Shown piece after piece: positions 13,000-26,600 of a stretch of 64,000 bases of DNA (its first letter is position 1; the number at the start of each line of letters is the position of its first letter). Source of the DNA: Nymphaea colorata (taxonomy: Eukaryota); the NCBI RefSeq assembly GCF_008831285.2, contig NC_045138.2:9920001-9984000 (forward strand), in the 5' to 3' direction. The translations under genes were made by a program, and so were the position numbers. The notes below the pieces were generated by a model. That model worked only from the letters and a program-made list of their open reading frames with translations. It had not been told where the DNA came from and did no database searches.

Positions 13000-15900
13000 A
13001 AGGGCTATGCAACGAGTTCAATTCCATTCACCAGAGGAGGAGTCCCAATGAAGGAGAACATTGGATTACAAGGAGTCAGACAAAATGATATCCAGCTCCT
13101 TAGATGGGTTACGACAGCAAAACTTGAGGTGCGACTTCAGCCTACGTATGTTTTGAAAACCTAGTTGTAGTTGGGTTTGATTGCGAATCACCTGCCACAT
13201 GACTTTAATCCATTGCATGTTGCTAGAAAGAACATGCACTGCCCCTCCATCTGCAACATGGACAGTATATGTTCCAAACAAGAAGTTTCATGGAATAGAG
13301 GTTGGGAATAGAACGTAAACATGAAACCTGGAAGTGCTTCCATGTGTTGAATCTGCCTTTTGGTAGATATCAGCGCCCCAACCTTAATGTAGTCATCCAC
13401 TTTTAAAGTGGTTATTTGGATTAGAATGTCATAATCTGCTTTGAGGAGATTTAGACCAAGAAGGAAATTTGTTTTCACTCAAAGAGAGATCTCTTCTCTG
13501 ATTTGGTGGCCAAGTGAAGGATTGGTAAATCAAGCAGCATTCCTTTCAGATGTTGTTAATATTTTGTTGTGGGCAAATGGAGCGGTCTTCAAAGACTATT
13601 GAGTTTCTCCATGCCCAAACTTTCCAGATCACCACTAGAAAGGTTAGTTGCCAGCACCAGCTCAGCCATCCCCTCTTAAAATAGACCTGAAAGTCTGAAA
13701 GGATTTGTGGAATTTATTGAGGATGAGCTGCCAAAAGCCATTAGAGACCGAACAAACAAAGAACAGGTGATTGATGGACTCTTCGTCAGACAGGCAGAGG
13801 AGGCATCTATTCGGCAAATGAAACTCTCTCCGTTAGAGGTTGTCCATAGTGCTCAACTTTCCTTTGCTGGCGATGTAGGAGTACCACTGGGCCCTTGGGG
13901 GAACAACAACATTCCAAATAGCCTTTTTCCAATAGAGAGAGTTACCTTTCTTTCGGACACCCTCCCAAACAAGCTAGCAAGATACATTTTCCCAATCTAA
14001 ACCCTTCCATTGCATTGAGTCTTGAGATTGAGAAAGGTAGATAAGGCTTAGATGGGGAAGAACATCCATAGCCAAGCAGTTAACATCAAAGTCATAGTGT
14101 TCAACTTTCCTTCGTTGTTGATGTAGGAGTACCACTGGGCCCTTGGGGGAACAACAGCATTCCAAATAACTTTTTTCCAATAGAGAGAGTTACCTTTCTT
14201 TTTGACGTCCTCCCAAACAAGCTGCCAAGATACATTTTCCCAATCTAAACCCTTCCATTGCTAGGAGTCTTGAGATTGAGAAAGGCAGATAAGGTTTAGA
14301 TGGGGAAGAACATCCGTAGCCAAGCGGTTAGCATCAAAGTCATGCTGAATGGAAGTCTTTAAATCTGCAACAGAAATTAAACGCATGACCTCTAAGATAT
14401 AGAACTTAGAGGAATGGACTTTGAACAACAAGATGCCCTCCCCCCAGTCATCCAACCACACTCGAGCTATAAAGCCATTCCCCATAGACCATCTGACCTC
14501 TTTTTTAATGGCATCCCAACACCATTCTATTCCTTTCCAGAGCCATGAGTCTTTAGTCTTGCCCTTACATGTCCAGAGACTATGGTTCATGAGATATTTC
14601 TTCGAGACAAGGGACGCCCAAGGAGATGTCGTATGACCAACTTGCAAAGCTAGATTTCCCAAGCATGTTCTATTTAGGTCTGTGATGCTTCTCAAGCCTA
14701 CACTGCCCTCCCCTTTTGGTTTGCAGAGCTTTTTCCATGCAACTAGGTGATGTTTGTGGCAATCTAGTTTAGAGCCCCATAAAAAATTAGTTGTTCGAGG
14801 TTCGACTACCTGAATAATTTTCTTTAGAAGTTTGAAAGGAGAATACCAGAAAAATATTAGGGGTATGAAGGAAGATTGGAGTATACATAACTTGCTCGCA
14901 TAGGAGAGTAGTCAGGCCTTCCATGCTGCCAATTTCCTTTGAACTTTAAGGACAAGGGGTTGGCAAAGTTGAAGACTGAGTTTTCCCACAAAGAGAGGGA
15001 GCCCCAAGTAGGTAAGTGGAAGGGAGGCAAGGGGCCAGCCGGTGGAGGCTACAACCAAGTTGCTCAGGTCTTCATGAGCATTGAAAGTTACCATTCTTGA
15101 TTTTGCATCATTAACTCTCATACCAACTTTGATCTTGAAATTTGCCATAATACTTTTGATTTCTTGGAGAAACTCAACCTTGAGTGGGAGGAAGAATATT
15201 ATATCATCAACAAAAAACAGTTCCACCGACGCTTTCCCAACCCTTGGAAGAGTTGGCCCACAAAGCTTTTGAATGTTTACAATGTGCAGAATACACCTAT
15301 GGAGACACTTCATGATAACAATGAAGAGGAGGGGTGACATTGGGTCACCTTGTCTAAGGCCTCAAGGACTATTAAAGTATTTACCCACAACACCATTGAC
15401 TAAGATCACAATTGAAGTTGTAGAGACACATGTCATAATGTGTGCAATCTAAGTATCATGAAAGCCCAACGAAAGTAGAGAATTTCTGAGAAAATTCCAG
15501 TTCACTCGATCATAGGCCTTTGACAAATCCAATTGGCAGCACACTGACGAGGCATAGTGGACAAACATGGAATTAACAACCTCATGAGCCATGGCAACCT
15601 GATCTTGCAATTTTCCGCCATTGGTGAACGCTCCCTAAGAATCTGCAATAATTCTAGCAAGAATAGGTCTCATACGGAAGCAAATGACTTTGGTGATGAA
15701 TTTGTAAAGGGAATTATAAAGTGCAATCGGCCTCAGGTCCTGTGGCGAGCAAGTGCCTTGATGCTTAAGCATAAGCACTAGAATGGACCTGTTTATCTTC
15801 CTGACTAGGCGTCCTGTTTCAAAGAAGCCCTTGATCGCCCTGGAGACATCGTCAACAACAATGTGCCAATAGCGTTGGAAAAAGAAAGCCGGGAAGCTGT

Positions 15901-17256
15901 TGGGCCCTGGAGCACTGTTAGCCTTAGAACTAAAGACTACATGTTTGATTTCCAAGTCAGAGATAGTGGGACAAGGGCTCTAAGTTTTCCTCCCTAGAAA
16001 TAGTGGGACAAGGGCTTGAATGAGCAAATATAGAGTCGGTGGCAGCATCATCACAAAGTAGTGCTTTAAAGAATTTGGTACATTCTTCATTGATCTGATC
16101 CTGAGCCTCAATAGCAGAAAGAGATTGCCTAGATTTTCTCCCAAATGCAACCTGTTGATAAAAATTAGTGTTTCTGTCGCCATTTCTCAATCAATTAATT
16201 CTGGCTTTTTGGGCCCAGAGCAGCTCTTCTTCCTTTAAACTAGCTTATAGCTCAAGCATGATGCAATACTCGAGGTCAGATAGGGATAAGTCCCCACTAT
16301 CCATTCTGGCTTGGACAATGTCAGCTCTTTCTGTGGGGAGTCAATCTTAGCAGAGATGTTACCATAATGCATATGGTTCCAGACCGAAAGCTTGTTACGA
16401 GCAACCTCCAGCTTGCCCAGAACACGAATGAAGGCACACCCTGAGGTTTGATAGCTCCAACCTTCTTTAATGACTTCCTCATATTCGCCTCTCAAACTCC
16501 AATTCTTGAGAAACTTGCACTGACTTCTTTTAGGTTTCCTGCAAGAGGTTTTAACAGCTCGGAGGATGAAGGCACTCTGGTCTAAAGCACATCGAGGTAA
16601 GATCTGATGAATATTTTGTTCTCCAACTTGAAGCACCCAATCAGCATTAACCATGGCCCAATCCAATTTGCACATGATCGTATCAGAGTTTTTCCTATTA
16701 TTGTTCCAGGTGAAATGCCGTAGGGGGTCGTCTACAATGCTAAGGTTGTTGTTTGCTATGAACTGATTAAAATCATTACATGAGGAGGAATTTGGAGCTC
16801 GACCACTTTTGCATTGCTATCTCTAACTACATTAAAGTCCCCAAGCACAACAGTAGGGAGGTTCAAAATTCCAAGGGAAGTGCCAAGGGCACGGAGAGCA
16901 TCTTGGCATGCAAGTTGATTGGGGCGGAGGTAAACCCCGAAGCAAGCAAAGGTTGGGGAACCATGACGCTCCTTGGCAATTAGACCAATCCAGTCCCTGC
17001 AAAGAATAACATCTGCAACTTGGATGGTTATGGGATTCCAACCGGCAATAACATGAGTCTGACCATCCGCCTGATCGTGGTTGGATACAAAATTATACTT
17101 GCTATGCCTATTAAGGAAAGCAGTAATGTGGCGACTAGAAAGCATGGAGTCTAGAAAAAACACTATGTCAGGATTTTGTTCCTACAGAGAGTTATAAATC
17201 GCACGTTGGGGTTCCTTTCGGACAAGCCCTCTGATATTCCAATTCAAGATCTTCAC
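13000..17256 (-). pseudogene. LINE ORF2 (APE endonuclease, reverse transcriptase, zf-RVT), disrupted
   Basis: VKILNWNIRGL start, VLGDFN, KLDWAMVN, GDRNTNFY, SAPGPNSF, LRPIALYN, GLRQGDPMSPLLF, LFFVDD, YLGLPL, CLLC...HLFFVC; 3' boundary approximate. Confidence 0.92.
13845..14343. repeat. 248-bp tandem duplication inside LINE ORF2
   Basis: 13845-14092 repeated at 14093-14340; CAT at each junction; copies differ by scattered substitutions. Confidence 0.93.
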
Positions 17257-17289
17257 AAGAAGTGTAAGGCGTTAGGACAGTACCTTTAA

Positions 17290-19092
17290 TCAGCAAGGCA
17301 GATATGGATCAGCCAGGGGGAACTCTATTGCCTCCTTCACAAGAGGAAGGACAGGCTTGCTACCAGCACTCGAATCGCCAGGATTGACTTCCATAATGGG
17401 GTCTTGGCTGGAGAGAGTACACAAAATATTGTTATGCACTTGTTTGCCTTTGATCGGAGGCAGGGAAGAGACAATAGATATATCTGTGAGCTGGATCCGG
17501 GTGTCGCCTGGGTCAATTGGCCATGAGGAGGGCGCCTAAGAGGTGAGGGCCATTTGGGAGTCAAGGTCCTTCCCATGGGAGGAGGCCTTTTCCACATGCT
17601 TCTTGAGGGTGGGAGAGGAGAGAGAAATCCCTGAGCCACCATCCTTGAAGCTCCCTGCGATTTTTTGTGAAGGTTTGGAGTGAGATTTGTGAGCAGAAAT
17701 CTTAGGATTGTGCAGGGCATTAGAGGGGCAGTATGGTGTGTAGTAGCTGAGGCCAGCTAGGGAAGGCCAAGTGGGCGGCATTTCTTATTTGAGCTAGTTG
17801 TGATACTCTATTCCTCTCCAGCAATCCAGACTGCCATAAGGTTGGGTTGCTTTGGTTTGGCAACCATTTGTTGTTGTGGGCCAGGTTGAGGAGAATGGAG
17901 ACTTTCTCCCTCCTCAATGTTTCTTTAGAGTGCCTTGAACCTATTACTATCCAGAGCATGCTTAGAGGCCTCCTGCACAGCCCCAGGGCATTTCAGATTC
18001 GTAGCTTTCTTAGCAATTCTAATTTTAGTCCATCCATTGAGTTTGCAAAGATTTGTTCTCAACCTCCTATGCAGAGCTCACCCTGGACTGGGTACAATTC
18101 GAATCCAAATGAGTAAGTGATCCACAATGGCGACAAAATCTGATCATATTTTCATAAACAATCTCAATCCGGATGAAATCCCCGTTAGTTCTGTGCAAGA
18201 AAATTTCTGATTGGGGGGAGAAGTAGAGAGGAACTTCAATGCACAATCAATTATAGCCCATGCGAACCAGTGAGCGAGTGAAAGGATCAACGCTGACGAC
18301 TTCACCTCCCAAAGTCCTCGTAATTCCATCCAAAACCGATCAATTCCATAGTTTAGACGCCAGGTTAGGGATTTGAATCCAGATTGGAATCCATACAGTA
18401 TGGTCAACCTTCATCTCCTTGCTAGGGCTCCAACGACTGGCAACAAAAGTTTTAGCACCGATGCGCCAAGAGTTCCTCTACAACATAAGTTGTAGTTCAA
18501 CTTCTGAGTCCACCCTGATGAGGTATAACCCTTTGCCCAAAACAGAGAAACGTTGATAAAACAGACTTATTTTCACTGGTGTCTTAAGTTCTTGAAAACA
18601 AAACTATGTTCCATACTGGCTTTGGAACCTCCTCCATAAAAAGCGCCGATGGCAGCAAACCTAAATGGCTTGGTCATTTCCTCATACACTTCATCTGGGA
18701 TGAAGAGAAACTTGCGCCATTCTCCTCCCGTATCTCTAGGTCCCCAACTTGGGGAGATCCTGTTGATGCTGTTACCAACTATGGGGGCCCCCCTCTTGAG
18801 AGGGGATTGGAGAGATGTCTTTGAGTGCTCCTCTATAACTAAGCCCTCAGTTGAAGGGAGGCGCTGCTTTCTTCCACCAGCAGAGTACGTCTCAGACTGC
18901 AAATTCAATGGAGCCTCCATCTCACGGTCCTTCATGGTCACCTCTCTTGATGGAGCAGGACTATCCTTACCTGTCCAAAGCTGACGAGGAGCGGCTGGAG
19001 GCCCAAGTGCATTTTCTACTAGTGGCAGGGGATTAGAATCTCGTCCACCAACTTCCGAGCAACCTGGGGAAGGAGAGGCGGCCGGCGGCCAT
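17290..19092 (-). pseudogene. LINE ORF1 (gag-like; DUF4283/RRM-like region plus CCHC knuckle), disrupted
   Basis: Candidate ATG at 19092; FRFAAIGAFYGG block; VYENMIRFCRHCGSLTHLDSNC (CX2CX4HX4C) at ~18090-18150; 3' boundary approximate. Confidence 0.8.
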
Positions 19093-19148
19093 GAGGAGAA
19101 GAAAGGAAATACAAACCCTAGCGTTATCCCCCTATTTCTAATGCACTT

Positions 19149-19573
19149 GTAATTTGAAAATGAGCTAAATTCAGTTCAAAATTTGGAATCAGATGTGAAT
19201 GTATAGCTAGATTTAGATTATGAAATCAGAATTTGGATTTGAATTCAAATATGATTTTTTTGTTCATTGAATCCAAATATGTGAATATCCAAAAATGCAA
19301 ATACAATTAAGAATATATACAATTTGAATCCGATCCATTGACATTCCAGCACTTTTTTATTTAAATTATATATATATATATATATATATGATAAAATCTT
19401 TAAAATAAAATCTTTGGATTGTGAATTTAAAATAAAATCTTTGAATTGTGAATTTAGATTCAGGTTGAGATAGAGGATAGGCTTTTTTTTCATTTGTATT
19501 TGAATCCAGATACATAAACGTGCGGACATGTAAAAAGAGTACATCTCATTAGAATCCTATCCTAACATCTCTA
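19149..19573. mobile_element. Probable non-autonomous DNA-transposon remnant (ATCCG/GGAT/TTGAAT-motif rich) split by the LINE; other part ~12690-12875
   Basis: Same motif-rich texture on both sides of the LINE TSD; ends in CATCTCTA, resembling a TAGAGATG-type hAT-MITE terminus; partner terminus not found. Confidence 0.4.
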
Positions 19574-20461
19574 CCTCTAATCTCAAAAAGCACCGTTAAC
19601 CGGCAGCACGATGTCAAGGATAATAGTGCTGACTTCACTTACAATATATATAATGTTGCGACGAATAGAAGGGCTCCTGTTTTGTCAGATTGCACTTATT
19701 CTGATACCATGGGGCAACAACGTCGTGTCTTCTTTCGGCCATGAGAAGCGTAAATACGTCATACTTATCTTCCGCAGAAACAGCGATGGGAAATGAGGGG
19801 AGTTATAGGGGAAGTAAGCCTCTCTGGTTGGGCTCGTTAACCAGTTGCAATAGGGGGAGGGAGGGGAAGCGAAGGGTCAAACTCAAACAGGGGAAGACGC
19901 GTTGTCGGATTGTAAGGGTTTAGGGCTTTACGGGGAAAGGGAAACGGGGTTTCTTGTCGTGTGAAAACAGAGTCAGACTGCTCCCTACGACCGACCCCAC
20001 CATCTCTCTCTCTCTCTCCATAGATCGTATTCGTGGCTCCCTCCTCACTTTTGCCCACCAAAATCCCCTCTTCCTTCCCTCTTCTTTTCTTTTGGCTTCC
20101 TTTCTCAAACCCAAAACGGCAAAGGAATAGAAAAGAAAAACCCAAAATCTTTCCTTTCTCTTATGAATTATTGCTCGAGCCGAAACAACAAATACGCCCC
20201 AAGATTCCTACTCTTCCGCCCCCTTCCCATGATCGGCTTTTTTGCCACCCCCCATGTTAGATTACAGCCATTTCCAACCAAGCCCTAATTTTTTTCTCTA
20301 GGGTTCCTTCCACCAGTGGTGGTGGCCGCCCTTTTGCTGCTCGTGCTTTAAATGATCAATCAAGAACCGACCAATCAACCAAATCGAGACCCCCGTCGTC
20401 TATTGTTGCCAAATTCATTCGAGCTTTATTGTCTTTGGTGTCCCGAAAGTAATCCTAGCTC

Positions 20462-20692
20462 ATGGCCGGCCATCAGCATGCCGCCGGCTCGGTTTCCGGC
20501 TCGAGCTCCGGACAACCGCACTTCGTGAATTCTCCCTTTGGGGACACCACCTACACCAAGGTGTTCGTCGGAGGACTGGCGTGGGAAACGCAGAGCGAGG
20601 CGCTGCGCCGGCACTTCGAGCAGTACGGCGAGATCCTCGAAGCGGTTGTGATCACTGATAAAAATACCGGCCGGTCCAAGGGCTACGGCTTC
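20462..20692 (+). CDS. RRM gene coding exon 1
   Basis: MAGHQ...GYGF, donor GTGAGT at 20693. Confidence 0.95.
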
Positions 20693-23600
20693 GTGAGTGG
20701 TTTCTGTTTGTTTTTTTAAATCTCATCCAAAATTCTTCTTTTTCATTTCTTATGGAATAGTTGATCCGTTAGTTGGACTGTTACAGCGCTTATTTGTGGA
20801 TTTAACTTGATTCCTGATTTGGGGTTCTTTGCTTTTCGTTTTGTGGGTTTTCTCCTGTGGAGGGTGTAGGTCACTTTCCGAGATCCTGAATCGGCGAGGA
20901 AGGCGTGGGTTGATCCGAGCCCTGTTATCGACGGTAGAAGGGCAAATTGTAACTTGGCATCCCTTGGTCGCCCTCGGCCATCTCCGCCTTATGGTGAGTG
21001 ATTGATACTCTTTCTTCCAAGGAAGATTGCTTATTTGTTGATTTTGTTATCCAAAATCTATTTTTCAGACATGGAAGTTTCTTTGATCTTCTTGCTGACC
21101 TTCCCATTCTTCTTATTCTGCATTCCTGGTTCTGAAAAAAACTTCGGTGATCATTTGAAGTTAATATTACGCTTGGGATTCCACAATTGAGTGGTATTGT
21201 GCATTTTTGGTGTGTCACATAGTTCACATTATAGTCTATATTGATTGGCAAAAAATTTTAATTTGTTACGTGCATTTCCTGTTCTACTTTCTTCTGTGGT
21301 TCTTGTGGGTTGTCCGAGATGTTAAATGCAGTAGAAACATGGCATGCAACTTATGTGTTGGACACAGAGATTCGTGTGATTATCTTTTGCAATCGGTGGA
21401 AACATATTCGTTTCCTTCTTCTACAAATAGCTGTATTACTGATGTCCGTTATGATGGGCTAATCGTAGACACAATGTGATTCTTGCTACTGATGCTAGCT
21501 GTTGGCATGCAAAAGAGGTTCTGAGTACCTCTTGTTACTACTATTTCTGTTAAGATGCCAACTTCTAGGGCGCCAAGAAGTGGGTGTTTTTGATATATTT
21601 TTCAATTTTACGTGGGTATGTGTGAACAAGAGGCTTTCAGTGGTTTAAAATTATTTTTTGAGAGGATTAAAAAAGGTTCTATTAACAGATGTAGTTGAAT
21701 TTAAATTGACATTTTGACTTGAAGGCTCTGTAGCTATCGTCATTCAGTTTAGGTAGCATGTGTTATTAGTCCTTTGTGCCAAATGGCAACATATATAAAG
21801 TTCATATTGTTAGATGAGAAGGGTGTTCAAAACATGTTCGCATGTTAGATAGAGATACAAGCACTTGACATGTAGCAACAGGCTAAATGAGGAAGGGGTT
21901 TAAAGTTTTAAACTTTAAAAACATTGTGATGTTTCATGTTGCATTAGAGCTACAAGTATTGGACATGCAGCGAGGGCATAATCTTTGCATCATTAGTCAA
22001 AAACAAAAAATGAGGAGATAAAAAGTCAATAGTTGTAAAGTGTTCTAAGATTACGACAGAAGGATGGATATGAAGGAACCTTGTTTATTTAAGTAAAAGG
22101 CAGTAGGAAGATGCTGCGTTGTCAACCTATGTGACTAGTTGGTGAGCAGCAGACTGGTCCATGACCTTCTGGTCAGTTGTCCTATGATTCTGGACTAGTA
22201 AACTGGCTAGGTCTGTAGGTCAGCTAACCATTCACTGATTTGCATGTTTTTTTTGGCCAGTACAATGTTTTTTTTGTTTTGCCTTTTTGTTATCATGTCT
22301 ATGTGTGTATAGAGCGCAAACTTTAAGTTTCACCTGTTTTTAACTAGCTAACTTGCATTTGGGCTGCCATATTCACATCCTAACTAGCTGGCTACTGTAG
22401 ATACTTGGCAACTGACTTGTTCATTTATCTACGTTTGTTATTAACTTGTCAACTTAATCAAACCACCGTTTGTATTGCTATTCAATACCTCTGAAGTCAT
22501 GATAGATGAGTGTATTCAAGTACCATCCTGCTGTATGAAACGGTTACTGCCATTGAGCATTCAAATCCTTATCAGTTCTCCCCCAAATAGAAACATATTT
22601 ACTTTCATCATCACTATTTTTTCTTAGTTGAATAAAAATGTAATTTCACATTAATGCTTGTTTTAGTTTGATGCTATTTTATTAACGAATATAAAATAAA
22701 TTATATACCTCAATGATTTTAAGTGTGTGCCATAAATAACCATTATCACTCTGACCAATAGATATGCTGCATTATGTCATATTGCAAATGGATCATAAAA
22801 TTTTTTATTAATTAAAAAAAAGTAAAATTTAAAAATTAAAGAATAAAAAAATAAGAAAAAATTTGTTCTCTATAAAAAAACATGTCAATTGTCACACATA
22901 AGTGTATGCTTAAAGCAATGAACATTCATCAATTGAACATCATAATCATAATATCATAAGCTATAACACATCATAAACTAAGTTTAAACTTTAAAGTGTT
23001 ATATATCTTAAGATGAAATTATTCAATGCAAAAAAAAAAGAAAAACATCATTCTTCATCTTCATTCTCATCTTCATCCTGATTCTCATCTCATTATGGTT
23101 TCCATCATCTTTTTCAAATTCAATATCCTTGCAGATGTGTACAGGCTTCCTTTCATCATCCTTTTCTCCCAAAACATTTAACTAATCTAGATTTTTCTCT
23201 TCAAATATGGCAGCCAGTTGTTCATCAAACCATGAATTTAACATGTCAAAGTTTTCCATACTCATAGCGATCAATTTAAGATATTACTCTTTGTTGCCGA
23301 TGTTTTCTAGTAAAATTTGTCAAATATATTGTAAAGCAAGTGCATATAACTTATAAAATAATCTATATTAGCTTATTCCCTTTGCCTCAACCTGTATGTT
23401 ATATTGAACATAAACAAGGTTATTCAACCTTTTATATTTCAGCCTATTTCTCTTCTTACTATGGATATGTTGGAAAATGCTCCAATTTCTTTCATGTTTA
23501 CTAACATTGTACAATAGATTGAGGATTTTATTTACATAATTTCGAAGTGTTGGATGTCACTCTTATCCACCAATTATCTAAACACAATTTAAAATTTTAA

Positions 23601-26600
23601 ATATCATGAGAAACAACAAATAAATGGTTAAGTTCTATTTATAAAAGATAACTTGAAATTTTCTGTGTAATAGTTGGACATATACTCGTCCTATTTCGGA
23701 TGGTTGTATTTCTTACTATGCCACCTATATGATTATCATATATTTCCGTCTTATAGATACCCGGCAACTTAAGTTTCATGACTAATACTTTAATATAGTC
23801 CAAGCAACCATGCATGAACAATTCTATTTGTCCTTTTTAAATGTGCTCAAATATCTTAAGGCAGGATTTATATAATAGGCCCTTGCATGAAGGGGTTGAT
23901 GCAGCTGGTCAATCTACCTCTGATATATAATGTTCACTTCTAAGGTCCACCCTAGCAGGCATAACTTTCTTTTTTCCTTCGTGTTCTCTCTGATAGCTAT
24001 TTTTGCTTTATCCATAGCTTCATAGAGGCACTCCGTGGCATACTTTCACTATCATCTAACCTGAGAACTTTGACCACTGATATTCAATAACTTCACACAT
24101 GATTCCTAAAATTCATTATTGAATATAGTATCCACAACCACAACTGCACAAGACTTTCTTTTATGGGCATGTGAATACACCCATTCATTACTCAAAGGAT
24201 TCCTTTGCTTGACCATACTCTGGATAGTTAAAAGATTTGTAGCAAATTTAGTTTGTGCAGGCTGGATCAACTTAACTCCATATGTAAATTTTTTGATGAA
24301 AGCCAATACATAAGAATGATTGTAAAATTTTTTTACATCTCTTGACATTGTTCAGCAGTTGATTTCATCTCATACATGTCGCCAAAATCTTCAAGCATGA
24401 GACTCACAAAATTGAGTAGCATATGGAGTCTAACATAGTGACTTGTAATACACAACCAATAACTTATCTGCAACTTTATAATTTGCTGTGTTAATTGTAA
24501 TAAACTGCATGATATTTTCAACCCCAACTTCTCTTACGACATCATTGAAGGCACCATGCAAAACTTCACAAATCTTGGGACTGTTTAACAGACTAACGGA
24601 GTGTACACAAAAAAGTTTATCAGTGTTCTTGACCATATATTAGTATGCATCTATCATAATGCCATGCTCTGTTTCTCTCTATCTCACTCTCCATCATGAC
24701 AATGTGACTTTATTTTTTTAACTATTGCATCAAATTTTTTTCCTTTGAGCTGATGATATGAAGATCTGTAGGACCTATAGAAAGAATAGCATATGCCATA
24801 GTCTAACCCAGTGTTATACGTATCGTACGATATGGGGCCGTATCGTACGATATGTATTGTCACGTTTCAAAAATGCGATATGATACACCACTTGTATCGT
24901 AAACAGGTGGTGTATCGTGCTTGTATCGCATGTACCATACGATACAGCACCGTATCGTACGATACAGTTACAATACAGTTACGATATGTTACGATACAAT
25001 TATGATACAGTTACGATGTGTTATGTACTTATGTTCCTTCTTGTGCTTTCTTGATTGATATTGACATATTGTTATGAATGTTGATGTTTATGAATAATGA
25101 AGTAAGGAACCGTAACTTTATAGCAATAATACTTCTGTCATTCTTGAAAACATGTTTTTTTATGAAGAACATATTATTCTTGATTTATACTGATTTATGA
25201 TTTTTTCGGATTTTTTTCTATTTTTTGATTTTTTTTTTTTAAATACAATACAGTTACGACACATTATGATATTTTATGATACAACGTATCTTAAAGCCAG
25301 GCCGATACGGCTTACGATACAATTTTTACAACATTGGTCTAACCAAAAGAATTGAATACATTGAAAGGAATGGATGTCATAAAACCATTTCTTGTTCCGT
25401 TATTCAGTTGAATCATGTTTTTTAAGGTCAAAACAGAATGTTAGACTGAGAACTTGAAGCAGTATGAGAAGAGAAGAACTTCTGATTTGTCCAAAAGCAC
25501 TCAACCTGCCGCTAGGTGCTCTATTATTGGACCCGCCACCTGGTGTACCTCTTCTCTTTCTGGTAGAAGAATTACCTCTTGCATGTGTGACCTCTCTTCC
25601 TTTTGCTTTCTGGTTGGCCACATCTGATCTTAAATTAGCATCAAGACCATAGTTGTCAGAAAATGTTGACTGAATGACTGCATTTTCTCTACTACTTGTG
25701 TACAAAGCCACATTCTCATGCATCCTAGCTAGATGGTCTTTAGCTGAAGGATCCTTGCTGATAAATCTTTTCTATAATAGTAGTAAATGATTTTTAACCC
25801 ATCGTTTGGAGCCATGACTTCACAAAACAATAGAAATCTATAGCAATATTTACAGAAAATAAAAATCTATGGTAATCTTTACAAAACAATAGAAATCTTA
25901 TGGTGGAAACAAGAGATGTTATATGATGAGAGATTTTATGCCTTTTCTGTGGAAAAGTCGTAAACCACCTCTTTCTTCAACCATAAATTCCATCTTTCGT
26001 GCACAAATCTTTCTCCAGATCGACCTTTTCGCTCTCCAACTGGCAATAGCTCCCCTTCACTCAACTCTCAAGAGTGTAGAAGTGAGAGGAGGGAGTTCTA
26101 AAACCTAACTCAAAAAAAGGGGCCTTGGATCATTTTTTGCGTCTGTTGACCCCTCCATATGACACAATACATAATATGCATCTAGATACAAGAGTGTAAG
26201 ATAAAGGTCTTCTTGACTGTTATGATCTGTATCATATGATGCAGTAGATAATTGTTCTTTTGCACAATTTATGCTCTTATAAATATAATTATACAACCCA
26301 TTGCTGGTTTTTCATCACTGTCTGCCATTAGAAGCACTTCAATCAAAGAATCATTCTGAGTAGGGCATCCTTCACACCCTCCTGAAATGACACACCCAAA
26401 GTTGTTCTTTCACATGTCTTGCATTGAAGGGCATTGCTAATTTCTGCTTGGTCTACTATTTTGGAAAAATATAGATCTCAATCATGGTTAGATGAATAGA
26501 TACTGTCAAGTGTTAAGCATCTAGTGCCAGATCTTGTCACTCGCTTTCTCTAAGTCCATGCTCTCATCATTTGCAAGGCTTGGCCATGATTATATATAAA

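Larger units (their letters stand above)
12892..19132 (-). mobile_element. L1-clade LINE, full length (~6.2 kb), decayed
   Basis: 16-bp TSD TATTTCTAATGCACTT (12876-12891, 19133-19148); ORF1 and ORF2 remnants; AATAAA near the 3' end. Confidence 0.95.
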
